DNA of 64,000 nt from Guillardia theta CCMP2712 (GCF_000315625.1 NW_005434537.1:1-64000); one strand, 5' to 3'; positions 9,801-19,079 are shown, numbered from the stretch's first letter. The notes: generated by a model from the letters alone, not told the origin. Program-made: numbers and translations.

Positions 9801-10609
9801 ACTGGTACGTGGATATCGTGTGCGTGCGCCCGAACATCGAGCACAACATGCTGGCGGCGATCATGGGGAGGGGCGGGACGGGCGAGCTGGGGGCGACGTA
9901 CTGGGGCCAGACGGAGATGACGTGCTACGACGACGGGCAGCACGGCATCTGGGGCATGCAGTACAAGTACCACGCCAAGGCCCTCGTCCACAACGAGCGC
10001 AACCTGATCCGCCTGTGGGACATCTGCTTCGACGGCTACAACGGCGGGATGGACGACACGGTGGTGGATTGGAGGGATGGTGACGATCTTGAACAGTTCA
10101 GGAAGGACACGAGCTCGATTGACAAACCCTACGAAGGAAAGAGTATGTTCATCATGTCGTTCTTCGTACCTCACAACCACCCCGAAATCACAAAGATCAA
10201 GCAGCCCTGGCCCAACCCCATCGTGTTCTACGACCCGCACTCGGCCAACACCAACGACCGCCTGCCGATCGACCCGGACAACCTGTACAACACGGTGAAG
10301 CCGGAGATGCGGGTGTTTACCAAGGACTGGTACCGCGACAAGTACCTGCACTACCTCGCGCTGCTCCCCAACTTCAACCAGCTTCACGCGCTGAGGAAGG
10401 TGGCGGGGCAACAGACGGTGCAGAACGAGACGAACGTCTGCGCGCTCAGCTTCCACGGCGACGTCGTCACGTGCGCACTGGGAGGGTCGGAGATCAGCAA
10501 GGTCCACGGCGCCGGCCACCTGGGCCACTCCTTCCAGGGCGTGGCGAGCGTCAGGGAGGGCAAGGGGCTCAGGCCCATGATGCAGCCCTCGTTGACAAGG
10601 CTGATTTGA
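6833..10609 (+). CDS. MCP: Major capsid protein, HK97-fold, mirusvirus-like, with large central insertion
   Basis: 1258 aa; N-terminal RVPYESAARVLTQSK…RNGMAIQMEHNFMMSPAGRENFKRQLMQLVGSIQMSNDLDVHHALL and C-terminal RPNIEHNMLAAIMGRGG…GATYWG…DDGQHG blocks resemble mirusvirus MCPs as I recall them; co-occurs with assemblin and triplex-like genes. Confidence 0.75.
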   Translation: MEGTTQESRSYTNNFMLPQGDVGVNLGGTMTANSTTPTIQDYEAVFGPAARQIKEDTQRHKRHQRWHLPDVLKGSNTFLADRVDGLITDATNSPFTRNILPYVYLENPDQKLKWNVWRFDEGLATRVPYESAARVLTQSKTSQAAYITRNGMAIQMEHNFMMSPAGRENFKRQLMQLVGSIQMSNDLDVHHALLLAPNYEAHLREKYYTTEKTTLQLIRQYVDSYGLMQKHPNALDIMIEDAKNTLKTWGSPPPTFLMCNGALTMQMTFNPEKTQYLTNGTGGPLLLKQGPDLPSYRGLSIIHSRKFSMNTGEPPRDVLRRRSRVAEHYRINGTVRELRDNKWRFYDQSKDGTFDLTFRELLEHSWIDSDIAGNVTKDHRPRPTVVRPNREPYNNPDFKLLSAPLQLTSPNLTAGDIGVHYPEQAAKEAEGYRRLRAEGNPYHAHDLNALRVRDSMDGALAVSAGLGGIAPSHAMAVENVSTMLAGNSGVLHWAAHQFRSLRASLKAPEGKQDVLAREAVLLKAKRLTLKGDSLHIGYQTIPKDEITEAQAEFRKRPWTALEMSAAVGVVGSVLFNGIRAPNALNPQVPESAAREFVPFIQSCFCHSMMDSPLCNALLSHVNVPLDLQGEFLSFLGLADLGNREELAAAQADRDSPYCSVLMVKYISHAHPDAGVRERCVKVLESLAPEVSRQLDDTLLDYSNKVIDSLESGAQAGLDVRFLTGLLQRSTSERLQAPAQSRLHTLATSTMHVNASGDTISSSPIFNRERDDETRALLASNGLKLDSDAVLGTEFRCYPFPLTSADLSSVDSILQHSRLAEYQSPSLDVEALRKDVQCFFEAQDSRDHLLSHLYRLAFARMFTSVMHYANDAAAPGCVLAAKSAVGNVRHTLGARITSSPLVIDTPKIGLNFENTNNAMTFDDIYNTIVSDHETNATQTVINELQRRSPEYHPPRPGGGGPVVTTYRPAPVPPPAPPTGFVGAPNRNPLLDWYVDIVCVRPNIEHNMLAAIMGRGGTGELGATYWGQTEMTCYDDGQHGIWGMQYKYHAKALVHNERNLIRLWDICFDGYNGGMDDTVVDWRDGDDLEQFRKDTSSIDKPYEGKSMFIMSFFVPHNHPEITKIKQPWPNPIVFYDPHSANTNDRLPIDPDNLYNTVKPEMRVFTKDWYRDKYLHYLALLPNFNQLHALRKVAGQQTVQNETNVCALSFHGDVVTCALGGSEISKVHGAGHLGHSFQGVASVREGKGLRPMMQPSLTRLI

Positions 10610-10651
10610 TTTATGATTAAATTTATTGACTTCCGATAATACGAAATTGTA

Positions 10652-10658
10652 TATTTAA
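10652..10658 (+). promoter_or_regulatory. TATTTAA promoter box (representative of 18 sites in the viral insert)
   Basis: Same heptamer 27-46 nt upstream of ATG and in sense orientation at 1090, 5003, 10652, 14318, 15722, 19603, 21369, 23383, 24006, 25559, 26908, 36255, 39270, 39978, 44279, 45775, 47486, 49114. Confidence 0.8.
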
Positions 10659-10695
10659 GCCCTCGTGGGTAAGTTGCCATGCGCTGCTCTCCACC

Positions 10696-11268
10696 ATGTT
10701 TGTGCAGATACACTGTGCTTATGTTACTGTGATTATCACCAACAACAAGAGGATCCCAAGGGTGATTACCTGTATTGGGAAGCAGCTGTGCTTGCACGAC
10801 TGTGACCAATACCTTGATATCAAGGCCATGTGCCACATCACATTGCCAATAGACTCCCTTGTTGAAATTTGCGATGTCATTGTTCTCAACAACACCGACA
10901 TTCCAGCACTTCGAAAGAGGTTCCATTTTGTAAAGGGTTTTCCTATCGACAAGTTTTTCAACGCAAACCTTGAGAAGATCAGGCAATTGGCATTGACCCT
11001 CACCTCCGAGCAGCAAAGCGAGATCAAGCGTCTCCAGACCTCTCTTCGTGCCAAGAAGTGCATCCTCTTTGATCTCTGCAGAACGGCAGTCGTTCAGATT
11101 GACGAACGCCTGAATATCGGTGACCTCGACCAGGAGAAACTAACTCGTATCGTCGACCCGGTGAAGAGCGAGGTCAGCCTTTTCAAGGGAATCTACGAGC
11201 AGCTTGCCTCGTACTGTGGCCTGGACTTCAGTGCTCTTGGTGATTGGGAAGTTGTCATCGAGGCCTAA
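10696..11268 (+). CDS. Hypothetical protein, paralog of 49147-49713
   Basis: 190 aa, AT-richer; TATTTAA at 10652-10658; N-terminus aligns by eye with the 49147 ORF. Confidence 0.8.
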   Translation: MFVQIHCAYVTVIITNNKRIPRVITCIGKQLCLHDCDQYLDIKAMCHITLPIDSLVEICDVIVLNNTDIPALRKRFHFVKGFPIDKFFNANLEKIRQLALTLTSEQQSEIKRLQTSLRAKKCILFDLCRTAVVQIDERLNIGDLDQEKLTRIVDPVKSEVSLFKGIYEQLASYCGLDFSALGDWEVVIEA

Positions 11269-11354
11269 TCATGCGGTAGCCATTGTTTTGGTGATTATTC
11301 AGTAAAATCCTTCTTTAAATTTACTTACTTCCGATAACACAAGACTGTGCTCAT

Positions 11355-12224
11355 TCAGGGAGGGACTACGGCCACCTGGGCCTGGAGCTCCTCCAGCGCC
11401 ATAATACGGGCCTCCGCCTTGGGCGCCGTCTCCGAGCAGGGCGCTTCGGAGGCGTCGGAACCAGCGCGGACCATGTAGCGGAGGGGGAGGATGAAGCGCC
11501 CGGTCCCGGGGATGGTCTTGTACTGACTCTTCTGCGAGGCGGTGCTGGCGCGGTCACCATACCCGACCCTGGCCTGGTCGTGCTTGACCTCGCCGCAGCC
11601 GCGGGTGCGGAACGAACCACCTCCGCGGGTCGCCTCCTCCCGCTCGGGCTTGGGCTTGTGCTCCACGAAGAAGGTCATGTAGACCACGCCCGTGCTGTCG
11701 GTCGTGACCTCGGTGTATGGGTCCTCCGGGAGCTCGTTGCGCTCGACCGCGCGCTTCACCGTGATCTGGAACTTGCCCAGACCGTTCTGGTCGATCGTCT
11801 GGCTGTTGCGGTAGATCGGCACGCTCCAGGGGACGCCGTCGGTGCTGTCGGGGTTGAGAGGGGTGTCGCTGTCCTTGTCATCCTCGGGGAACTTGGGCTC
11901 CTTCGTGTGGATGAGCACGGCGATGGAGTAGTCGTTGGTGTCGGTATCACCGGACTCGGCGGTCTTCACGGACATGTTGCTGATGCGGGAGAGCAGGACT
12001 CCCTCCTCTGCAATAACCCGGTAGGCCTTTCTGTCGCCCTCGTCCAGGAGGAAGGTCTCGACGTCATAGGCTTCGCCGAAGCACAGCCTCTCGTACTCTC
12101 CAAACTCCGAGCTCCGCTTCCCCTTGCAGAAGTCCAGGTCGAAGCTTACCCTGTACTCCACCCCGTCCTGCCCGGTGGTGGCGTACTGCAGCGTGATCTT
12201 CTTGTCCGTGCTCTCGGCTAGCAT
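11355..12224 (-). CDS. Hypothetical protein (beta-rich, TRGG/TRG motifs near C-terminus)
   Basis: 289-aa ORF, strong GC3 bias. Confidence 0.8.
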   Translation of the reverse strand: MLAESTDKKITLQYATTGQDGVEYRVSFDLDFCKGKRSSEFGEYERLCFGEAYDVETFLLDEGDRKAYRVIAEEGVLLSRISNMSVKTAESGDTDTNDYSIAVLIHTKEPKFPEDDKDSDTPLNPDSTDGVPWSVPIYRNSQTIDQNGLGKFQITVKRAVERNELPEDPYTEVTTDSTGVVYMTFFVEHKPKPEREEATRGGGSFRTRGCGEVKHDQARVGYGDRASTASQKSQYKTIPGTGRFILPLRYMVRAGSDASEAPCSETAPKAEARIMALEELQAQVAVVPP

Positions 12225-12369
12225 GCCGTGCCTGGTGGCAGGGATGTGGGAGTGGGGTAGTTTAAAAAGGGGTTCGCTACGTCCCCCATTTTTTTTATTT
12301 TTTTTTCTTTATTTTTTTAGCCCTTCAAAAAAAGTAGCCCGTCCGCTCCCGCCCTTTCCGAAGCGCGCG

Positions 12370-13197
12370 ATGCCATGCAGGGTGCGGCTGGACGATAGCA
12401 CCAGTCCGCGTACCACCCCGGACATCTTCTTCTACCTCCGGATCTACAAGGACCTCATCAAGGGGATGGAGCACATTGACTGCAGCACGGAGAACTTCCT
12501 AGGAAGACTGGACGCGGATCTCATGTCCTACTTCTTCCGCGGGCAGATATGCGGGGCTGCCAGCAAGGAGGACGCCGTCGAGTGCGTTGGCATGGCCCTC
12601 CGCCTCGCGAGCTGCAGCCGGGCTCATCGCCGCTGGGTCCAGGCATTCATGACCACTGCCGACTTTCTCGGGGCATACCACAGCCATCTACTGAACTTCA
12701 TCCGCATGGACCAGCGCAGGGCCCAACACCGCGCCAACCAGCTCGAGCTCCTCCGTGCGCTCAGAAACACACACGCACCCAGACCCACGAAAAACCAACC
12801 GATCACCTTCCAGGAAGTCACCCGCATCCTGCGACTGACGATGCTCTCCAACTGCACCTTCTGCGGGGGAACCAGCGGCATCCTCTTCCATGAACTCAGC
12901 TGCAGGGTGTGCTTCGACTGCAAGCGCACCAGGATCGTCAGCGACGCGGACGTCCGCTCCAGACACGGGCTCAGCAGCGGCGAGATCTGCGCGCTCAACT
13001 GCCTCATCCCCCATGAAAGGCTGCACCTCACCTGCATACAGAGCAGCACCGCAGGGCACTGCAGGGACTATTCCGTCAACGTCCACTACTACCTCACCAG
13101 TGAGGCCGAGTCCCACCTCCAACACGCCCGCTCCCTCGCCGCTGACATGGGATGGGTGAGAGGCAACTGCGCCTGCGGGGGTGGATCCCATGTGTAA
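12370..13197 (+). CDS. F-box-like/Zn-finger protein
   Basis: FLGRLDADLMSYFF…LRLASCSRAHRRWV resembles a degenerate F-box; CTFC…CFDC zinc ribbon. Confidence 0.55.
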   Translation: MPCRVRLDDSTSPRTTPDIFFYLRIYKDLIKGMEHIDCSTENFLGRLDADLMSYFFRGQICGAASKEDAVECVGMALRLASCSRAHRRWVQAFMTTADFLGAYHSHLLNFIRMDQRRAQHRANQLELLRALRNTHAPRPTKNQPITFQEVTRILRLTMLSNCTFCGGTSGILFHELSCRVCFDCKRTRIVSDADVRSRHGLSSGEICALNCLIPHERLHLTCIQSSTAGHCRDYSVNVHYYLTSEAESHLQHARSLAADMGWVRGNCACGGGSHV

Positions 13198-13305
13198 CAG
13201 CACAGTAAGCTTAATATGGCGAGCGGTTTATTAAAAACAACAATGTGTGCTCTTTACGGTAGATTACGGGAAGGAGTACTAATCTTCCTACTCCTCATCG
13301 TCCTC

Positions 13306-14286
13306 CTAAACCAGTTCCAAAAGCTCTGGATCACTGTCAGACTCCGTGTCGTTGTCAATCGCCGTATGGTAGACAGAGCTTGTGTTGGGGACATGTCCGT
13401 CGGAGGATTCCATATTCTTTGGAGTCTTACGTTCTCTGTTATTCTTCTCATCCTTGTCTGTTTTACGTTTTTTCTCTTTGGGGACAGCTTCTTCGTTGGC
13501 GGCAGGGTTTGAGCTGATGGCATATCCATTGTGATGTACCAAACTCTTTGCAAGATTAAAGATCTTGCCATTTTCCTTAGGAGTGTTTTTATCACTCTTC
13601 TTCAGGATTGAATTGCCATGTGACATGGCATACACGAAATCACGGATAAACTTTTGATCAAATTGTTTCTGCAAGTACATTTCGCAGGACCAACGGAGAA
13701 TAAGTTTAAGATGTATCTTATAAAATGGCAAAGCAGTAGTTTTCTTCCTCTCCACTTTCAACATTATTTCAACTTTGTCCAGTAATGTGAAAAGGTATTG
13801 GATAGCATACCAGATATGATCATGTTTGTTGATGAAATTCGTAACATCGGTCGTCTGATGGGCACAATAATTGTTCGCATTGCTCTTCGTATTTTTGATG
13901 TTATTCGTGCAGCGGCAGATGTTGCAAATATCCGTGTCCGTATCCATAGTCTCTGGTTCACAATCATTCATTTTTTTCCTGAGATTAGGCAAATTAGAGA
14001 AGGATACTTGTTCAGGATCCTGCACCCCGGGATTGGTGATGTTGAGAACTTCAAGAATGATTTGTTGAACCTCCGGATCCATTACATTTTGGGGTTCTGC
14101 TTCGATCTGGCTTTGCGACTCAGGTGTATCTTCTTCCTCATCGTTCTCCGCAGAAATATTTGGAGAAGTTGTTGGTGAAGCGGTGCTCCTTGCAGAAATA
14201 TTTGGAGAAGTTGTTGATGGAGTGGTTGACTTCCAACCAGAAACAGCAACCACACATGTGAAAAGGGAACCAAATGTCAGTGGCAT
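13306..14286 (-). CDS. AT-rich hypothetical protein with TTSPNISA repeat
   Basis: ORF with TATTTAA 32 nt upstream of MPLTFG; CNICRC; basic KEKKRK. Confidence 0.7.
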   Translation of the reverse strand: MPLTFGSLFTCVVAVSGWKSTTPSTTSPNISARSTASPTTSPNISAENDEEEDTPESQSQIEAEPQNVMDPEVQQIILEVLNITNPGVQDPEQVSFSNLPNLRKKMNDCEPETMDTDTDICNICRCTNNIKNTKSNANNYCAHQTTDVTNFINKHDHIWYAIQYLFTLLDKVEIMLKVERKKTTALPFYKIHLKLILRWSCEMYLQKQFDQKFIRDFVYAMSHGNSILKKSDKNTPKENGKIFNLAKSLVHHNGYAISSNPAANEEAVPKEKKRKTDKDEKNNRERKTPKNMESSDGHVPNTSSVYHTAIDNDTESDSDPELLELV

Positions 14287-14432
14287 GTTGTGCGTGATTG
14301 CAAACAGCATCGTATCCTTAAATACAGATACAAACAGCAGAATATTTTGACGATTTTTACTCCAGAACAATCAACGTCTACGAACTACGTGGTGTGAACC
14401 AAACGATCAAGTTCACAGGCGTCCTTGTGTGG

Positions 14433-15695
14433 TCAGACGGGATTCAATGGCGGGACATTAATCCAGAAAGCCACAAACTGTTGCAATCTGTTCTTCAAAA
14501 GCAATGAACCAGTCCATGAATTATAACTTTTCATCGCTTCTTCTATCCCGCCATAGTTCTTCTCCGCGAAGTACTCCTGGAATTTCTCCCTGCCATTGGG
14601 GTCGTCCTTGCACTCCTGTATCTTGGCGAGCATCTCATCGACGATGCCTTTGCGGAAAGCTGCCCTGTGCTTCGCTTCCTGCTTCTTCCTTTCCTTGTCA
14701 GCAACCGCTTTCTGCTCCTTCGTATCGTCGTCAGAAATGACGATGGCTGCGATGGGACGCTGTGGCTGGGGCAGCTCCTGCACTGGCTGGGTCGGTGTGA
14801 CCGGCTGATCCGCGGTAACCTGCCGCTCCTCGGTGAGAGTACGACGACGTTTTTCGCCGGGTGGCTGCTGATCCTGATCTTGCACAGGTTGAATGGATTC
14901 GGCTGAGGTGGACGTAACCTTTGCTTTCTTGGCTGAAAAGCCTTTCTTCTTGATGGATTTGGATTTGGCTTTCATACAGTTAGGGAATAAAATTTTGAAC
15001 GTATATTTGATTTGTGTTTCGTAATCTCTACAGTTCTGTTTCAGCAAGGTCACATCATGTACGAAATAATTATTCTCGTCATCTTCAACACCACCCTTCT
15101 CCATTGCCTTGATCTTCTGACCCTTCTCCATTTCCTTGATCTTCTGACCCTTCTCCATTTCCTTGATCTTCTTATCCTTCTCCATTGCCTTGATCTTCTT
15201 ATGAAGTCTGTCTGCACTGTATTGAATCCCCTTTTCTTGTGATTCAAAATCTTTGATCAATGATCTTGATCTTCCTGGAACGCATACACCAAATTCATCA
15301 AGCGTAGGTATCATATCCTTTGTCATCTCTCTGGATTTTTCCCATTGTTCAACACTAGAGGATCTCATGTTTGTAACAAGTTTCATCTTCTTGTTATCCG
15401 AATCCAATGAGAAATTCTTGACTACAGTATCGATGGCCTTCTGTTTCATGGCCTCGTTTTCATCTTCTATCTCACTGTTTTGCTTGTTGACTCTGCTCAA
15501 ATCTTGCATGTAAACAGTTCTGTCTTTGTACTTTGCAATATCAGGTATGTCCACCAGCTTTTTGGGTTTGAAATGTTCCCAGAAACACTCGATGATGCCG
15601 CAGAGCATCGCCACGGGAAAGTAGAAGACCACATCGGACCTAGTGCCGCTGATGTTGAATTCCAACAAATTGAAGTAATCGAAAAATTCAACCAT
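14433..15695 (-). CDS. AT-rich Lys/Glu-rich protein with 27-bp tandem repeats (KIKEMEKGQ)
   Basis: Start placed at MVEFFDY 27 nt after TATTTAA (15722-15728); repeats at ~15095-15200. Confidence 0.75.
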   Translation of the reverse strand: MVEFFDYFNLLEFNISGTRSDVVFYFPVAMLCGIIECFWEHFKPKKLVDIPDIAKYKDRTVYMQDLSRVNKQNSEIEDENEAMKQKAIDTVVKNFSLDSDNKKMKLVTNMRSSSVEQWEKSREMTKDMIPTLDEFGVCVPGRSRSLIKDFESQEKGIQYSADRLHKKIKAMEKDKKIKEMEKGQKIKEMEKGQKIKAMEKGGVEDDENNYFVHDVTLLKQNCRDYETQIKYTFKILFPNCMKAKSKSIKKKGFSAKKAKVTSTSAESIQPVQDQDQQPPGEKRRRTLTEERQVTADQPVTPTQPVQELPQPQRPIAAIVISDDDTKEQKAVADKERKKQEAKHRAAFRKGIVDEMLAKIQECKDDPNGREKFQEYFAEKNYGGIEEAMKSYNSWTGSLLLKNRLQQFVAFWINVPPLNPV

Positions 15696-15742
15696 GATGC
15701 GCGATACCCGACCGCGGTGGCTTAAATACGATGCCCTGTGCA

Positions 15743-16708
15743 CTACAGACTGGGCGCGGGGGCGTGGCGGCTGGCGGCGTCGAACATGGCGACCTCGATG
15801 ACGCCCTTGGGGTTGAAGTTGACGATTGCGGCCCCCGCCGCCCGGTACCCCATGGAGTGGACTGCGTTGATGTACTTCTTGATCTGGTTCTCGAACTTTC
15901 TCCACTGCGCGCACACCTTGAGCTCGACGAGGTAGTTCCCCGTCGCCAGCTCGACGAGGAGGTCCAGCTCGCCGATCTTGGCCATCTCCCCACCCGGGAG
16001 GCGCTGTACGCAGTGGAAGTGTGAGATGTGCGGGACCTGTCTCCTCGCCATCTCCATCTTGATGCAGTTGTGGTAGACCGCCTCCTGGTGGCTCACCCCC
16101 AGGGTGTTGGCGATGCACTGGCACATGAGGAGGAAGTTCAGCCACTCCCTGTTGGTCTCCACCCCCTGCGTCTGGCCCCCGTAGATCACCAGCGGCCAGG
16201 TGCATGCCGGGTCGGACGGGTTGATGGGCCGCAGCAACGGGTAGGTCGTGTCCGACGGGTCTGCAGGCGGGTCACCGGGCTCGAACATGATCACGTCCGG
16301 TGTCTCTTCCTTGTCTTGCTCCCTCCCTTCCTCCTCCACGCGGAACCCGTCCACCCGCGCAATAATGCCGTGCGCCATGCTCCTGAGCAGCCGGGTGAGG
16401 TGGGCCTCGACGAAGCCCCGCAGCGTCTGGTCGCCGCCGATCCTGGTGCGCTCCGCCACGCAGCAGAAGCCGGAGATGTGCCGGTTCCCGGCCTCCTTCC
16501 CCCTCCTCTCCAGGTCCTTCAGCAGCACGACCAGGCAGCTCTCCGCCCGGATCGTGGCGCGGAAGACGTTCCGGGAGTTGTGCCTCAGGACGATCTCCTT
16601 CCCCACCAGGTTGTAGTCCGCGGGCATAACGTTCGACAGGATCTCGTACCCAAAGGTGCTCCACTCGTAGCCGTGGGGGCGCCGGGCCTTCTTCAGGCGG
16701 GACAGCAT
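15743..16708 (-). CDS. PD-(D/E)xK nuclease, GxxExxY family
   Basis: LGVSHQEAVYHNCIKMEM, GELDLLVE, LVELKV, QIKKY, GAAIVNF motifs in C-terminal half. Confidence 0.75.
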   Translation of the reverse strand: MLSRLKKARRPHGYEWSTFGYEILSNVMPADYNLVGKEIVLRHNSRNVFRATIRAESCLVVLLKDLERRGKEAGNRHISGFCCVAERTRIGGDQTLRGFVEAHLTRLLRSMAHGIIARVDGFRVEEEGREQDKEETPDVIMFEPGDPPADPSDTTYPLLRPINPSDPACTWPLVIYGGQTQGVETNREWLNFLLMCQCIANTLGVSHQEAVYHNCIKMEMARRQVPHISHFHCVQRLPGGEMAKIGELDLLVELATGNYLVELKVCAQWRKFENQIKKYINAVHSMGYRAAGAAIVNFNPKGVIEVAMFDAASRHAPAPSL

Positions 16709-16822
16709 GGGGTTCCGTGTGGTTCCGTGTAAACGGGCCCGCAAGTGCGGCGCTTGCAGGTCTTTTTTTTAGAACGTTTATTAATCAAAGCCACTTTTTA
16801 ACACAAAACAAGACCCTATGAA

Positions 16823-17536
16823 CTACATGAAGCAGCAGCCATGCAGACTCCGGCACGCCGTCTCGCGGCAGATGTGCCCGACGATGCCGTCGTAGCTGGT
16901 GTCGATGAAGGGCTTGACCCTGGAGCTGGCGAAGCAGCGCATGCAGCAGTAGAGCCTCCGCCCCGAGTTGATGCAGCGCGTCTCGGCGACCAGGCCCTCC
17001 GTCCTGCTGATCCTCCCAGGTAGCATGCTGAGCTCGAGGGTGTTGGTGTGGAACTGGAGCAGGTTCCCGGCGTAAGCAGGGTCGACGGGGATGTAGGTGA
17101 GGTAGCGGTTCCCAAAGCGTGGTAACCCGGTCTTGTACATCTTCAGGAAGATCTCGATCGGGTCGACCTGAAGCAACCATTCGGCCCACGCCGCCATGTC
17201 CGCCTCCGGCTCGAACCCGGTGAAGCCGTACACGCCTGGGGGCTGCGGTGTGGGAGTGAATGGGACCAGCGCGAGAGTGTCGTCGCTGGGTCCGTCCTCG
17301 GGAGGTGGAGAATCGATAGAGTCACCAGAAAGGTCATCCTCCCCGTCCTCCTGGTTACCGTAATAATCACTGAAACCGTAAGGGAAGGTCATCTCATCAT
17401 CCATCATTTCGTCGTCTTCGAAGAAGTCATCATCTTCCTCTGCTGGAAAAAGCTCAAGGGGAGACCAGGCTTGCATATCCTCATGGCAATACAGAAGATC
17501 GGTTGGGGTGTCGGTGAGTTCCTTCGCGGATGACAT
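16823..17536 (-). CDS. Protein with acidic N-terminus and Cys/His-rich C-terminus
   Basis: EEDDDFFEDDEMMDDE; CCMRC…HIC…C…HGCC. Confidence 0.7.
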   Translation of the reverse strand: MSSAKELTDTPTDLLYCHEDMQAWSPLELFPAEEDDDFFEDDEMMDDEMTFPYGFSDYYGNQEDGEDDLSGDSIDSPPPEDGPSDDTLALVPFTPTPQPPGVYGFTGFEPEADMAAWAEWLLQVDPIEIFLKMYKTGLPRFGNRYLTYIPVDPAYAGNLLQFHTNTLELSMLPGRISRTEGLVAETRCINSGRRLYCCMRCFASSRVKPFIDTSYDGIVGHICRETACRSLHGCCFM

Positions 17537-17840
17537 GTCAGGCCGGCGTGGGAGATGTGGGAGGGAACGGATGGGTCGCGTTCTTATAGGCGCTGCAGGG
17601 AATTGCGACCCAAGATGATTGCGTCCCATGTCATTACGACCCATTTTCTTAATTTTTTTTGGAATTGCGACCCTCTCTTCCTTTTTTTTTATTCTGTTTT
17701 TTTACCATACCTCTTTTTTAATGAATTGTTTTTTTTGATGGATTGGCCATGCATGGAAAGCGCCTGGGCCATCCCCGGGAAGATATAACAAGCTCCCCAC
17801 AATCCACCGCCAAACCCTACCCCCACCGAATCTCCTGAGG

Positions 17841-19079
17841 ATGTCGCTCTTCAGCCTGATCGTGAAGAGCATCGTCTTCGCAAGCTGCACACTCGTCTCG
17901 CTCTACTCCACCAACGAGAGGCACATCACGCTGGACCAGCAGGTCACCAACTCGAGCGTCTGCGTGCTGCTGGGCTGCACCTATTTCCTGGCCATCAAGG
18001 TCGTCTCCCTCGTCATCGCCAGGATGACCAACCGCGACCGCGACCCCAACTACAACGAGGTGGAGCCGGCCGAGGACCGCGAGCTGGAAGAGGCGATCCG
18101 CGACCTCGAGCGTCAGGAGAACGAAGAGACGGACCAGAACGAGGAGGAGACGAGAAGGAAGCACCAGGAGACCATGCGCAAGGCCCAGGAGTTCACGCTC
18201 GACCTCGACGGCACAAGGGACAACGAGAGCACGGCGCGCTCCTTCCGCTCGTCCGTGGCACTTCCGCTCCGTGCCAAGAAGGAAGAGACCGTCACCGAGT
18301 TCCAGGAGATCATGGAGGTCTACCGCGTCGTCTACTTCATCGGGCTGAGCATCTTCGTCGCCTCATACACCGTGGACATGACCAACGGGCTCTCGGGCAT
18401 GTCGCTCATCACAGGCATCATCATCACGCAGGTCCCGGAGACGATATCCTTCATGCGGCACCGGAACCCCGAGCCCCACGTCGCCGTCAACCGCTGCTTC
18501 AGCCTCTTCTCCTTCATCTGCGTCGTCGCCGCCATCCTCGCCTTCGCCCTCAACGCCTGTGCCAACCACACCGCCCCGGATGACCTCGTCCTCTGCACCC
18601 GCATCGAGAACCCGAGGGTCGACGTCCTCTTCGGCATTGCCCTGCCCCTGGGCGCCACCCTCCCGGTCATCCAGGCGCAGCACACTCGCATGAACCGCGT
18701 GACGCTCTACAAGGCCGCCCCCTTCGCCTGCTGCATCGCCTGGGTCGTCTGGATGTTCGTTGGGGCGGACAAGATCAACAACATCACAGGAAACAGCCCC
18801 CGCGACATCATCCTCTTCCTCCTCAACCCGTTCGTCAAGGGATGCGCCGTCATCACCCTCCTCTCCGGATGCATGCAGAACAGGCGCATCGAGACCGCCA
18901 CCCTCCTCGTCTTCATCCTCTTCTGCAAGGAGGTCCACCAGCACAGCCAGGACAGTGAGATGATGAAGTCGCTCGTCGTCGGGCTCGCATTCAGCTCCAT
19001 CTCCCTCGCCGTCTGCATCATGAAGCACGTCCCCCTCGTCTCCGAGTCCCTCACCAGGATGGCGGCGTACAGGGTGTAG
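17841..19079 (+). CDS. Multi-pass membrane protein
   Basis: 412 aa, about 10 hydrophobic segments and an acidic cytosolic loop. Confidence 0.8.
   Translation: MSLFSLIVKSIVFASCTLVSLYSTNERHITLDQQVTNSSVCVLLGCTYFLAIKVVSLVIARMTNRDRDPNYNEVEPAEDRELEEAIRDLERQENEETDQNEEETRRKHQETMRKAQEFTLDLDGTRDNESTARSFRSSVALPLRAKKEETVTEFQEIMEVYRVVYFIGLSIFVASYTVDMTNGLSGMSLITGIIITQVPETISFMRHRNPEPHVAVNRCFSLFSFICVVAAILAFALNACANHTAPDDLVLCTRIENPRVDVLFGIALPLGATLPVIQAQHTRMNRVTLYKAAPFACCIAWVVWMFVGADKINNITGNSPRDIILFLLNPFVKGCAVITLLSGCMQNRRIETATLLVFILFCKEVHQHSQDSEMMKSLVVGLAFSSISLAVCIMKHVPLVSESLTRMAAYRV

Noticed and set aside
8663-10528. Long antisense ORFs opposite the MCP and other genes
   Set aside because: Expected shadow ORFs from strong GC3 bias; no promoter boxes or motifs
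6833-10609. Intein or spliceosomal intron in the MCP
   Set aside because: Frame is open throughout; no intein splice-junction or LAGLIDADG motifs seen; cannot be fully excluded without RNA data
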